Assembly: GCA_018645565.1 (NCBI GenBank)
Contig: JABGWJ010000134.1
Location: forward strand, 1-42,316
From: a bacterium
Lineage (GTDB): Bacteria > Fidelibacterota > Marinisomatia > Marinisomatales > UBA1611
Direction: 5' to 3'
Length of the DNA stretch: 42,316 nucleotides
Position numbers and translations under genes: made by a program
The notes under the pieces: generated by a model
Told to the model about the DNA's origin: nothing
Database searches by the model: none
Seen by the model: the letters and a program-made list of their open reading frames with translations, nothing else
Part shown: piece after piece, positions 18,434-27,834 of the stretch
Layout of the letters: the number at the start of each line of letters is the position of its first letter
How positions within the stretch are numbered: the stretch's first letter is position 1

Positions 18434-18775
18434 ATGATTGGATTTTTAATTGTAGTACACACTATTGTTAGTATTTTGCTAGTATCGTTAGTTTTGATGC
18501 AAGCAAGTCAGGGGGGCGGTCTCTCTGGAACTTTTGGCGGTCAAGCTGCTAGCTCAATTCTTGGCGGTCAAGGTGCAGGTAATGTCCTAAGTAAAATTAC
18601 TGGATGGTTAGCCGCGATATTTATTGGCTTAGCGATTTTAATAAGCATAATGAGTGGTCCAAATGAGGATAGTAGCTCCTCATTAGTAAAGAAAGCTGCT
18701 GAAGAAAACCCTATACCTGTAGAGCAAAACTCTCCTCAGCTTGAAGAAAAACAGCCTGTATTAGATTTAGAGTAA
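18434..18775 (+). CDS. secG: Preprotein translocase subunit SecG
   Basis: Two TM helices flank the Gly-rich loop QASQGGGLSGTFGGQAASSILGGQGAGN. It sits in the conserved position after tpiA. AGGAG is upstream. Confidence 0.85.
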   Translation: MIGFLIVVHTIVSILLVSLVLMQASQGGGLSGTFGGQAASSILGGQGAGNVLSKITGWLAAIFIGLAILISIMSGPNEDSSSSLVKKAAEENPIPVEQNSPQLEEKQPVLDLE

Positions 18776-18806
18776 AATACTTAATAAAAATAATTATCAA
18801 TACTAT

Positions 18807-18890
18807 GCCGAAGTGGTGGAACTGGTAGACACGCAGTCTTGAGGGGGCTGTGAGGGTAACCTCGTGCCGGTTCGAGTCCGGCTTTCGGCA
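18807..18890 (+). tRNA. tRNA-Leu (anticodon GAG), class II with long variable arm
   Basis: GCCGAAG TG GTG GAACTGGTAGA CAC G CAGTC TTGAGGG GGCTG TGAGGGTAACCTCGT GCCGG TTCGAGT CCGGC TTTCGGC A. The anticodon loop is TT-GAG-GG. A T8 run follows at 18893..18900. Confidence 0.9.
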
Positions 18891-18977
18891 CATTTTTTTT
18901 AAAATTATAATTAATTTTTCTGTTTGTTCCTCTTTGCCATTTTCATTACTTAAGAGTAGATTTAAAATCTAATCTTT

Positions 18978-20165
18978 ATGGTTTCAATAATAAAAATGAA
19001 TAAAATCATTGTATCGCTAATAATTGTTTTGACTACTTTGGGGTTTTCCCAGAATACAACTATCCTTTTTTTAAGAGATGGGTCTATTATACAAGGTACT
19101 ATTACTCATGAAAAGCCTAATAAAATTTTTCTTAAAACCGATATGGGCTTTATTCAAATAAAACCTGAGGATATTATCGGAAGAGAAGATCTAGCAAAAA
19201 AAGGTGATTTAACCTATATGTCTGATCAGATAGAATTCGTTAGACGGTATGTTGAAAGCTTATCAGGGAAAACAGTTTCATGGAAAGACTCTCTGCAGAA
19301 TAATATCGAAAATCTATACCAAATATATAGAGGAGTTGAGATTTTACAACAAGAATTTGAAGCAGATTTATTGCGGCTTCATACTAAGGAACAAGAAAAA
19401 ACAAAACAATTGCTTGAAATTACTCATGATATAGTTGAGCATGAGGTTGATATATCATTAAATAGGCAAAATATTGGCTTAGTAGGCGATACTATTTCTA
19501 ATATCAATAATGGCTTGGCAATTGCTGAGAATAATTTAGCGAAAAATATAAATCAAACTTATGTGTTATCTGGTTCGACAGCTAATATGATGGATGATAT
19601 TGATGGTGTATCAAATGAAATTATAAATAACAAAAGTCAAATAGATATTATGTCTGGTTCTGTAGCTAATTTATATCGCGAAGTTCAAAGAGTAGAAAAA
19701 TCATTCGAGTTCATAAATCGATCAATTAAGGAGAACAGAGGATCAATCGGTCTTAATCAAGAATCTATAAATGCAAACCATAATGCTATTATTGAATTAG
19801 GAAATTCCTTTGAAGAGAAGATTGATGCTCTTCATGATTCTTTGAAGGTTTCACAAAATGAATTGGTAAGCACTATGGAGCTATTATGGAAACAAAATAA
19901 AAAATCTGTAACGGACATTAATGATACTTTTAATGATAGTCTTTATAATGCTAATAGAAAGATTAAAAAAATTGATACAAAAGTTGATGATATCGATAGC
20001 GATTTAGAAATCTATATCACAGAACTCAAAGCATCTATCGAAGCTATAAATAAAGCAATAGCTGTTATTAATGGTAATATTAATGGAATTGAAAATAGTG
20101 TAAACGGTGTAAGTTCAAAATTAGAATCACTATCCACTCAAGTTTCCAAAATCAAGAAAAAGTAG
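18978..20165 (+). CDS. Secreted coiled-coil protein with small N-terminal beta domain (hypothetical)
   Basis: Signal peptide (MNKIIVSLIIVLTTLGFSQ; an alternative ATG is at 18996). A ~50-aa beta-rich segment (ILFLRDGSIIQGTITHEKPNKIFLKTDMGFIQIKPEDIIG) precedes ~300 aa of Asn/Ile/Ser/Glu-rich heptad-like sequence. No enzyme motif seen. Confidence 0.6.
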   Translation: MVSIIKMNKIIVSLIIVLTTLGFSQNTTILFLRDGSIIQGTITHEKPNKIFLKTDMGFIQIKPEDIIGREDLAKKGDLTYMSDQIEFVRRYVESLSGKTVSWKDSLQNNIENLYQIYRGVEILQQEFEADLLRLHTKEQEKTKQLLEITHDIVEHEVDISLNRQNIGLVGDTISNINNGLAIAENNLAKNINQTYVLSGSTANMMDDIDGVSNEIINNKSQIDIMSGSVANLYREVQRVEKSFEFINRSIKENRGSIGLNQESINANHNAIIELGNSFEEKIDALHDSLKVSQNELVSTMELLWKQNKKSVTDINDTFNDSLYNANRKIKKIDTKVDDIDSDLEIYITELKASIEAINKAIAVINGNINGIENSVNGVSSKLESLSTQVSKIKKK

Positions 20166-20205
20166 ATATTTATAAAATTCATTATAATTATATAGTCAAT
20201 GATTA

Positions 20206-20757
20206 ATGTATAAATCAATTATTCAATTCTTTTTAGTCCTTCTATTTTTTACGAATTTATATTCTCAAAACATAGAGTTAGAAATAATAAAAATTAATAC
20301 GCATATAGAAAGAAATGAAATAAATGAAGCTGAGGCTAAATTAAATAAAATTCTATCAATAGATCCTTCATATGCTCCTGGATATGTATCCTTTTCAAAA
20401 ATTTGGTTATGTCGTGCAAATATAAACAAAGCGACTGAGCATGCAAACTTAGCGGTCAGAATTGATGAGGACTTTAGATCCTGGTGGGATGAAATAAATA
20501 ATTTTAGAACAAAAATTAAGACAGGTACCTCGAATGTCCATAAAAAAAATTATAAGAGCGCAATAGAAATATTCTCTAGCTTATCAAGAAAATATCCTAG
20601 ATACCCTGAGCCTTTGTATTTATTAGGTTTGGCTAATTACAAACAAAAATCATTTGAAGAAGCAGCTAAGTTTTTTAAACAATCAATAGATTTATACCCA
20701 AATTACAATAAAGCTCAAAAAGCTTTGAGTAACGTCAATAAACGTATTCGCAAATAA
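20206..20757 (+). CDS. Secreted TPR-repeat protein (short paralog)
   Basis: Signal peptide MYKSIIQFFLVLLFFTNLYSQ and TPR-like helices. It shares DEDFRSWWDEINNFRTKIKTG...YPRYPEPLYLLGLANYKQKSFEEAAKFFKQSIDLYPNYNKAQKAL with the next gene. Confidence 0.7.
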   Translation: MYKSIIQFFLVLLFFTNLYSQNIELEIIKINTHIERNEINEAEAKLNKILSIDPSYAPGYVSFSKIWLCRANINKATEHANLAVRIDEDFRSWWDEINNFRTKIKTGTSNVHKKNYKSAIEIFSSLSRKYPRYPEPLYLLGLANYKQKSFEEAAKFFKQSIDLYPNYNKAQKALSNVNKRIRK

Positions 20758-20784
20758 TTATAAACTTTAAAAGGAAGAATTAAG

Positions 20785-22080
20785 ATGTGTAGGGTTTTAA
20801 TATATTTAGTATCAATAATACCATTCTTGGCCTTGGCTCAAGACCCAGAACAGTTGCTTATCCAAGCTAATCAAAAAATGGCTTCTGGTGAATTAAATAA
20901 GGCTGATTCGTTATTAAAAGAATCTCTTAAAGTAGACCCTTCTTTTGCGCCAGCTCACATAGGATTATCAGAACTGTTTCTTCGAAAAGGTGACTTAAAT
21001 AAAGCAAATGCTTCTGCAACAAAAGCTGTTCAAATGGACGAAGAATTTAGATCTTGGTGGAATGATTTGAATGATATAAGAACTAAGATCCAAAATGGTA
21101 AACGTAATGTTCAGCAAGGTCAATTTGAAATAGCAATGCAAGAATATCAATCAATAGCTGATAAATATCCTTATTTTCCAGAAACTCAGTTTTATATGGG
21201 ACTTACAAAATTTAGACAGAAAGATATCGAAGGAGCCGCTTACCACTTTAGTGAGGCCTTAAAAATTTATCCTGACCATATGAAGGCAAGGAAAGGCCTA
21301 AATAACGTTACTAAACAGTTATTAAACAATGGAAATAAGGCTTACAAAAGAGGTGATTTAGATAAAGCTACTAATTACTATCAAAAAGCAATTAAGTATG
21401 ATTTAGGCTTTTATTTAGCTTTTTATCAGCTTGGTGTATTAGAGAAAAAAATTGGAAACTCCGAAGAGGCAATTTCATACTTTAATAAGGCTATTAAGAT
21501 AAAACCTGATTTTCATAAGGCTTGGTTTACATTAGGTACTGCTTACGAAGTAGATAATAATTTAGATTCTGCTATTATAAAATATGAAAAAGCAATTGAG
21601 CTAAACCCTGGTTATACAAAAGCTTACAGCAATCTTGGCAATATAAGATTGATTAGAAAAGAATATGAAGAAGCAAAGAATATATTATTGACTGCTATTC
21701 AAATTGACCCCACTTATTCAGATGCCTATTTAAGGTTGGGTGTGGTTTATGCTGAACAAGAATTATTTGTTGAAGCCTCTGAACAGTTTAAAAAATCTAC
21801 TGAATATGATGAAAAAAATTATGATACTTGGTTTAGATATGCCTCATCACTTAATTCTACTGAAAGATTTAAAGAAGCATCAATTTCCGCTCAAAAATGT
21901 ATAGATCTTAAGTCAAAGTTCGGAGGTGGATGGTATGAAAAAGGAGTGGCAGAATTTAAAAGTGGTAAAAAAACAAGAGCGTTAAAATATTTTGAGGAAG
22001 CAAATAAAGATAGAGATTGGCGAAAGCTTGCTCAGAGAAAAATTGATGAGATAAATAATCCGACAAAATATCAAAAATGA
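20785..22080 (+). CDS. Secreted TPR-repeat protein (long paralog)
   Basis: Signal peptide MCRVLIYLVSIIPFLALAQ. The N-terminal ~170 aa are paralogous to the preceding gene (DEEFRSWWNDLNDIRTKIQNG...). These are followed by canonical 34-aa TPRs (AIKIKPDFHKAWFTLGTAYEVDNNLDSAIIKYEKAIELNPGYTKAYSNLG...). The TGA stop overlaps the next ATG. Confidence 0.75.
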   Translation: MCRVLIYLVSIIPFLALAQDPEQLLIQANQKMASGELNKADSLLKESLKVDPSFAPAHIGLSELFLRKGDLNKANASATKAVQMDEEFRSWWNDLNDIRTKIQNGKRNVQQGQFEIAMQEYQSIADKYPYFPETQFYMGLTKFRQKDIEGAAYHFSEALKIYPDHMKARKGLNNVTKQLLNNGNKAYKRGDLDKATNYYQKAIKYDLGFYLAFYQLGVLEKKIGNSEEAISYFNKAIKIKPDFHKAWFTLGTAYEVDNNLDSAIIKYEKAIELNPGYTKAYSNLGNIRLIRKEYEEAKNILLTAIQIDPTYSDAYLRLGVVYAEQELFVEASEQFKKSTEYDEKNYDTWFRYASSLNSTERFKEASISAQKCIDLKSKFGGGWYEKGVAEFKSGKKTRALKYFEEANKDRDWRKLAQRKIDEINNPTKYQK

Positions 22081-22784
22081 GTCTTTCAAATAATATACCA
22101 ATTAAAGGAGTTATCTTTGATTTAGATAATACATTGCTTGATTTTATGAAAATGAAGCAAGTAGCTGTTAAGTCTGCCATTCGCGGTATGATTGAAGCAG
22201 GTATGGTTATAAATGAATCAAAGTCTTTTGATGACATTATTGCACTTTATGAGAAAATAGGTTGGGAAAATCAAAAAGTTTTTGATGTTTTCTTAGAGAA
22301 AAAAATAGGGTATGTTGATAATAAGTATCTTGCTGCTGGTGTTGTCGCTTACAGGCGCGCACGAGAAGCAAATTTATTGGCTTACCCAAATGTAAACAGA
22401 ACCTTAATTGACCTCACAAAGTTAGGGGTGAAGCTTGCAGTTGTCTCAGATGCTCCGAGTCGTGAAGCTTGGATGCGAATATATTATTTAAACTTACATC
22501 ATTTTTTTGATGCTGTTATTACATTCGATGATTCTGGAGAAAGAAAACCTTCATCTGTACCATTTGAAATGGCTTTGAAAAAATTAAATCTTGAACCGAA
22601 ATCTAGTTTAATGATTGGCGATTGGCCTGAAAGAGACGTTGTCGGAGCAAAAAAAATTGGCATGCGAACTGCTTTTGCTGTTTATGGAGATACCTTTGGC
22701 ACTAAAAACTCTGGTGCTGATTGGGACATAAATGATATTTCTCAGCTTACTTCAATAATTAGAGAAGTTAATAAAGTTGTCTAA
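22077..22784 (+). CDS. HAD superfamily hydrolase (subfamily IA-like phosphatase)
   Basis: Motif I VIFDLDNTL, motif II VVSDAPS, motif III K...MIGDWPERDV. Confidence 0.8.
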   Translation: MSLSNNIPIKGVIFDLDNTLLDFMKMKQVAVKSAIRGMIEAGMVINESKSFDDIIALYEKIGWENQKVFDVFLEKKIGYVDNKYLAAGVVAYRRAREANLLAYPNVNRTLIDLTKLGVKLAVVSDAPSREAWMRIYYLNLHHFFDAVITFDDSGERKPSSVPFEMALKKLNLEPKSSLMIGDWPERDVVGAKKIGMRTAFAVYGDTFGTKNSGADWDINDISQLTSIIREVNKVV

Positions 22785-23139
22785 CTTTTTTACCGGAGTT
22801 GACATCGTCGATGTTGATAGGATTAAAATTTCATCGGATAAATATAAGAATAGATTTTTAGATAAAATTTTTTCCAAAAATGAACAATCTTATTGCAATT
22901 CAAAATACAATTCGCACATTCATTATGCTGGAAAATTTGCAGCTAAAGAAGCAGTAATGAAGTCAATATACTCAAGCGGAGAAAATAAAAATATAAGCTT
23001 CATTTCAATAACTATACTAAATGATGAAAATGGAATCCCTGAAGTTTTTATAAATGGTTTTAAGAAAAAGAACATAAAAATTTCTATTTCCCACACAAAC
23101 AATCAAGCCGTCGCTTTTGCGATTTTTATCAATGAATAG
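22777..23139 (+). CDS. acpS: Holo-[acyl-carrier-protein] synthase
   Basis: GVDIVDVDRI, FAAKEAVMKS, ISISHTNNQAVAFAI; ~120 aa. TTG start overlaps the HAD gene end by 8 nt. Confidence 0.85.
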   Translation: MSNFFTGVDIVDVDRIKISSDKYKNRFLDKIFSKNEQSYCNSKYNSHIHYAGKFAAKEAVMKSIYSSGENKNISFISITILNDENGIPEVFINGFKKKNIKISISHTNNQAVAFAIFINE

Positions 23140-23205
23140 TATTATAAATATTATGAATGAAAAAATATTAGTTTCTTTAATTAGTATAGAGGTTGAAGAA
23201 TATTA

Positions 23206-23565
23206 ATGAATTCTCAAAAATTCAGTATACTGACTGTTTTTTTTCTTTTTTTAATGATTATTTTATCTTCAATTGAAGGAAGCAGTATACCGCATTCGTA
23301 TATTTTTACTTTTGATAAATTAATTCATTTTGTTGAATACTGTCTATTAGGGATCTTTCTTATCTACATGTTTTCGGGTGCATCAAAATATCCTATTTCT
23401 GCTGGCTTAATAGCAGGTGTATTTTATAGTTTCATAGACGAACTTTATCAATCTACAGTCTTTGGTAGAAGCTCAAGTATTTTTGATGTTATCGCTGATG
23501 TTGTTGGATTAATATTTAGTGTCTTCATTGTCAAATTCGTATTTAAATCATATCGTTATGATTAA
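23206..23565 (+). CDS. VanZ-like family membrane protein
   Basis: Four predicted TM segments with DKLIHFVEYCLLG and DELYQ...GRSSSIFDVIADVVG patterns typical of VanZ-like proteins. Confidence 0.6.
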   Translation: MNSQKFSILTVFFLFLMIILSSIEGSSIPHSYIFTFDKLIHFVEYCLLGIFLIYMFSGASKYPISAGLIAGVFYSFIDELYQSTVFGRSSSIFDVIADVVGLIFSVFIVKFVFKSYRYD

Positions 23566-25159
23566 TCGTCTTCTAATTAAAGATTTCGCAATTATTGAAG
23601 AAGTAGTGATTGACTTTTTCCCAGGATTAACTGTCATCACTGGAGAAACAGGGTCAGGAAAGTCAATTATTCTTGAGGCTATTTCTACTGTCGTTAATGG
23701 AAAAACGTCTAAGACAATGGTGAAATCTGGTTCTACTCAAAGTGCCGTTGAATTGAATTTTGATAATAAAATTTATAGGAAAATCATTAGTAAAAACGGT
23801 CGCACTAAATCTTATTTAAATGGTTCTGCAAAAAGTATTATTGGTTTGAAAAAAGATTTTGGTTATCAAGTTGAATTTCATGGCCAAAATGATCAGCAAT
23901 TAATTTTGAAAAGTGAAAGTCATATAGATTATTTAGACTACTATTGTAATAATCAGCATCTCTTAACTGAAATAAAAGATGTGTATGATAAGCTTGAAAA
24001 AAATAAAAAAATCTTAAAAGACCTTGATAAAAATTTATTAATGTATGCTGAAAAAAAAGAATTACTCAATTTTCAGTTAAATGAAATTGAGCTTTCAGAT
24101 TTAAAAAATGATGAAGATATAATGCTTCACGAGGAATATAGAAAATTAAATAACCAAGAAAAACTAATAAACACCTTTAATGTAGTCCAAAATGCTTTAA
24201 ATGATTATGATAATGGTATGATATCGCATCTCACAAACATTTTGGGCGAAATAAACCAATTAGTTAAATATGATAAATCTACAGGTGATATTTCTAGTAC
24301 AATAAAATCTATAATTTTACAACTGCAAGAGGTCGGAATAGATATTGAAGGTAGGCTTTCAGAAGGTGAGTTCGATAAATCTAAATTACCGCAAATTGGA
24401 GAAAGAATTGGCGTAGTCGAAAGTTTGAAGCGGAAATACGGTGGTTCTATAAGTTCTGTATTGGAATATAAAAAGCAGATTAAAAAAGAACTCGATAGTC
24501 TTTTTTCTATCTCAAAATCAAACACTGAACTAAAAAATGAAATTCAAAATCTAGAGCAAGCTTATTTTGAAAAAGCTCATCTTCTTTCAAAGATTCGGTC
24601 TTCAAAAACAAAAATATTAGCATCCTTGATTGAAAGCTCGTTGGGTGTCTTAAACATGCCTCATGCAAAGTTTAAAATTAATGTTTCAAGTATTAAAGAT
24701 GATGATAGTTTCATAAAAAGTGAAGGAGTTTCTGTAAGATATACTTCTAAAGGCATAGACCATATAGAATTTCTTTTATCGTCTAATCCTGGAGAGCCTC
24801 TAAAGCCTATGGCAAAAATTGCATCAGGAGGTGAAATGTCACGAATAATGCTTGCAATAAAAACTGTATTCCAGGATAAAAATCCTGTAGCTACATTAAT
24901 TTTTGATGAGATTGATACCGGCATATCTGGTGAAACAGCAAAAAAAGTATCTAACCATTTAAAACAATTATCGAAACACAAACAAATAATATGTATTACT
25001 CATCTTCCTCAAATTGCTATGCAGGCTGATAATCATTTGCATATATCAAAGTCTGTAATAAATTCAAATTCTACTTTGGTTAAAGCTGAATATTTAAAAG
25101 GTAAGATAAGCAGTGCTATTATAAAAAATTTATTCATTGGTGATGAGGTAACTTTATAA
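23558..25159 (+). CDS. recN: DNA repair protein RecN
   Basis: MINRLLIKDFAIIEE start (the track ORF begins earlier at 23519, inside the VanZ-like gene). Walker A GETGSGKSIILEAI, a long coiled-coil middle, signature SGGEMSRIMLAIK, Walker B LIFDEIDTGISG. Confidence 0.9.
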   Translation: MINRLLIKDFAIIEEVVIDFFPGLTVITGETGSGKSIILEAISTVVNGKTSKTMVKSGSTQSAVELNFDNKIYRKIISKNGRTKSYLNGSAKSIIGLKKDFGYQVEFHGQNDQQLILKSESHIDYLDYYCNNQHLLTEIKDVYDKLEKNKKILKDLDKNLLMYAEKKELLNFQLNEIELSDLKNDEDIMLHEEYRKLNNQEKLINTFNVVQNALNDYDNGMISHLTNILGEINQLVKYDKSTGDISSTIKSIILQLQEVGIDIEGRLSEGEFDKSKLPQIGERIGVVESLKRKYGGSISSVLEYKKQIKKELDSLFSISKSNTELKNEIQNLEQAYFEKAHLLSKIRSSKTKILASLIESSLGVLNMPHAKFKINVSSIKDDDSFIKSEGVSVRYTSKGIDHIEFLLSSNPGEPLKPMAKIASGGEMSRIMLAIKTVFQDKNPVATLIFDEIDTGISGETAKKVSNHLKQLSKHKQIICITHLPQIAMQADNHLHISKSVINSNSTLVKAEYLKGKISSAIIKNLFIGDEVTL

Positions 25160-25161
25160 AT

Positions 25162-26409
25162 ATGGAAAAAATTCTTATTAAAGGTGGAAAAGAGCTAAGT
25201 GGTGAAGTCGTAATAAGCGGTGCAAAGAATGCCGTTTTACCAATCATGGCGGCAACTTTATTATGCCCCGGTAAATTTAGGATATCCAATGTTCCAGATT
25301 TAAAAGACACTAGGACTATGATGAAGCTCCTTGATATCGTCGGTTCCGAGACATCATTCAGAGATAATAGCTTAGAGATTGATTCATCTAACGTAAATAA
25401 TCCCGAAGCACCCTATGACTTAGTTAAAACAATGAGAGCTTCTTTTTACGTTTTAGGTCCTTTAATCTCTAGGTTTGGTCGAGTTCAAGTTTCTCTTCCG
25501 GGTGGTTGTGCTTGGGGACCTAGACCAGTAGATTATCATTTAAAAGGGCTTGAGAAACTTGGAGCCAAACTTGATCTGAAAAACGGAAATATTTTAGCTG
25601 AGGCTGATGAGCTAATAGGTGCTGATATTCATTTTGAATTTCCATCAGTTGGAGCAACAGGAAATTTAGCTATGGCTGCCGTTTGCGCTAAGGGTACAAC
25701 TAGATTGTATAATTGTGCTAAAGAACCAGAGATTACTCAACTATGTGAATTCTTAAATGAAATGGGAGCAAATATTGAGGGTATTGGAACTGATATGCTT
25801 ACAATTATGGGTGTGGCGGATTTGCATCCAGCGAATATTAGAATAATACCTGATAGGATTGAGGCGGGTACTTTTCTTATGGCAGGAGCTTTAAATGGCA
25901 CAATAAAAGTAAACAATGTTATTCCAGATCACTTAAAAAGAGTTACAGATAAATTGACAGATGCAGGCTGTAAACTTCAAATAGATAAGAACTCGATATC
26001 TATCTCATCTCCAAGAAGTATAAAATCTGTTGATATGACTACAGCTGTTTACCCTGGGTTTCCAACCGATCTTCAAGCGCAGTGGGTTGCATTAATGTCT
26101 TTGTCAGAAAGTTCATCGATTGTTACAGATACGGTATATCACGATAGATTTAGTCATATTCCTGAACTTTCAAGGTTAGGTGCTAATATAAAGGTTGATA
26201 AAAATACTGCATTTATTAGAGGTGTTAAACAATTAGTGGGTGCACCAGTTATGTCTACAGATATTAGAGCTAGTGCTTCACTCATCATTGCTGCTTTAGC
26301 AGCTAGTGGTAAAACTGAGATTAGTCGTGTTTACCATATCGATAGAGGCTACGAGAAAATTGAGAAAAAATTTTTAGGACTAGGTGCTGAAATGACTAGG
26401 GAGTTTTGA
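25162..26409 (+). CDS. murA: UDP-N-acetylglucosamine 1-carboxyvinyltransferase
   Basis: ISGAKNAVLPIMAA, active-site loop LPGGCAWGPRPVDYHL (Cys retained), YHIDRGYE. Confidence 0.95.
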   Translation: MEKILIKGGKELSGEVVISGAKNAVLPIMAATLLCPGKFRISNVPDLKDTRTMMKLLDIVGSETSFRDNSLEIDSSNVNNPEAPYDLVKTMRASFYVLGPLISRFGRVQVSLPGGCAWGPRPVDYHLKGLEKLGAKLDLKNGNILAEADELIGADIHFEFPSVGATGNLAMAAVCAKGTTRLYNCAKEPEITQLCEFLNEMGANIEGIGTDMLTIMGVADLHPANIRIIPDRIEAGTFLMAGALNGTIKVNNVIPDHLKRVTDKLTDAGCKLQIDKNSISISSPRSIKSVDMTTAVYPGFPTDLQAQWVALMSLSESSSIVTDTVYHDRFSHIPELSRLGANIKVDKNTAFIRGVKQLVGAPVMSTDIRASASLIIAALAASGKTEISRVYHIDRGYEKIEKKFLGLGAEMTREF

Positions 26410-26481
26410 TTGACAATAAAGGCTTTTATTTTGAGTAAAATAATGTATTTTTTAAACATAAGTATAGATGGTATATAATTA

Positions 26482-27834
26482 ATGAAAGTAGTAATTATTG
26501 GTGCAGGTGAAGTTGGCTTTCATGTTGCTAAAGCTCTAAGTGAAGAGAACTATGATATTACAATAGTTGACATTGATTCAGAAAAGTGTCAAAGAGCGAC
26601 AGAAAACCTTGACGTTATTGTAGTTGAAGGCAATGGTGCCAGCCCTAAAGTTTTATTAGATGCTAAAGTATGTGATGCTGATTACGTCTTGTGTCTCACA
26701 AAAGTAGATGAGATAAATTTAATTGCTTCTCAACAATCTCACGAGCTAGGTGCCAATAAAATCATTGCAAGGCTTAGAGATCAGCAATATTCATCAAGAG
26801 ATAGTATAATTAAACCTGAAAAATTTGGTGTTGATATGGTTATTCACCCTGAATACGAGGTTTGCCGAGAAATAATTCAATTAATGAGGTATCCTTATGC
26901 TGTTCAAGCTAGAAGTTTCGAAGGTGGCCGATTGACCATGGTTGGTATAAGAATCGATAGATGGAAGAAGCTATTACTTGATAATAAAACCTTGTCAGAA
27001 ATTTGTAAGACAACTGATAGGTTTAGATTTACAGTGGTTGCTGTATTAAGGGATAACGAATCAATTATGCCTTCCTCGGATTTTAAGTTTCGTGAAGGTG
27101 ATATCGCTCACTTTGTTTTGAAATCTAAAAATATTGATAGATTGCTTGACTTATTAAATATAACTAGTTCTGTATCAGATAATATTATGATTGTTGGTGG
27201 TTCAAAAATTGGAAGAACATTAGCTGCTCAAATATCAAAAGATTATAATGTTAGACTTATAGATTATGATAGGCCAAAAGCCGGAAATATATCAACAAAA
27301 TTAGAAGATGTTATGGTTGTTTATGGTGATGGAACAGATGTTGAATTTTTAAAAGCAGAGAACATACAAGAAGTTGATACTTTTATTGCAGTTACAGAAA
27401 ATGAAAAGACTAATTTAATTTCTGGAATGTTAGCAAACCACCTGGGAGCAAAGCAAAGTATAATTCATGTTGTTAATACTGATTATATGCCAACTATAAA
27501 AGAAATAGGTTTTGGTGCTGTTATAAGCAAAAATTTATCAACAGCGAATTCAATATTAAGAAAACTTCATAGTGATATTTCTGATACATCGGTCGCGGCT
27601 TTTCATGAGATTGGTCTAGATGCATTTGAATTGCAACCAGAAGAGGGCAGTGAAATAACTACAAAAACTATTAATAGATTGAGTATTCCAAAAGATAGCA
27701 TTATAGGTATGATTAATCATCATGGAAAAATCAGCGTAGCGCATGGAAACAGTCAATTAACCGAAGAAGACATCGCTTTAGTATTTGCAAAACCTGAAGC
27801 TAGAATAAAGATCAATAAAATGTTTATGTCATGA
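26482..27834 (+). CDS. trkA: Trk potassium uptake system NAD-binding subunit TrkA
   Basis: Two tandem RCK/KTN halves (MKVVIIGAGEVG... and IMIVGGSKIGRTLA...). It is followed by trkH with an ATGA overlap. Confidence 0.9.
   Translation: MKVVIIGAGEVGFHVAKALSEENYDITIVDIDSEKCQRATENLDVIVVEGNGASPKVLLDAKVCDADYVLCLTKVDEINLIASQQSHELGANKIIARLRDQQYSSRDSIIKPEKFGVDMVIHPEYEVCREIIQLMRYPYAVQARSFEGGRLTMVGIRIDRWKKLLLDNKTLSEICKTTDRFRFTVVAVLRDNESIMPSSDFKFREGDIAHFVLKSKNIDRLLDLLNITSSVSDNIMIVGGSKIGRTLAAQISKDYNVRLIDYDRPKAGNISTKLEDVMVVYGDGTDVEFLKAENIQEVDTFIAVTENEKTNLISGMLANHLGAKQSIIHVVNTDYMPTIKEIGFGAVISKNLSTANSILRKLHSDISDTSVAAFHEIGLDAFELQPEEGSEITTKTINRLSIPKDSIIGMINHHGKISVAHGNSQLTEEDIALVFAKPEARIKINKMFMS

Noticed and set aside
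23154-23207. 17-codon mini-ORF (MNEKILVSLISIEVEEY) whose TAA overlaps the ATG of the VanZ-like gene (TAATG).
   Set aside because: It has no SD and no recognisable peptide family, and such short ORFs arise easily by chance. It might be a coupling leader, but there is no evidence beyond the overlap.
26410-26479. Consensus TTGACA (26410..26415) and TATAAT (26474..26479) between murA and trkA as a promoter.
   Set aside because: The two hexamers are 58 nt apart. The TATAAT ends 2 nt before the trkA ATG, so it cannot serve that gene. The nearest -10-like hexamer after the TTGACA (TAAAAT, 26436) has a 20-nt spacer.
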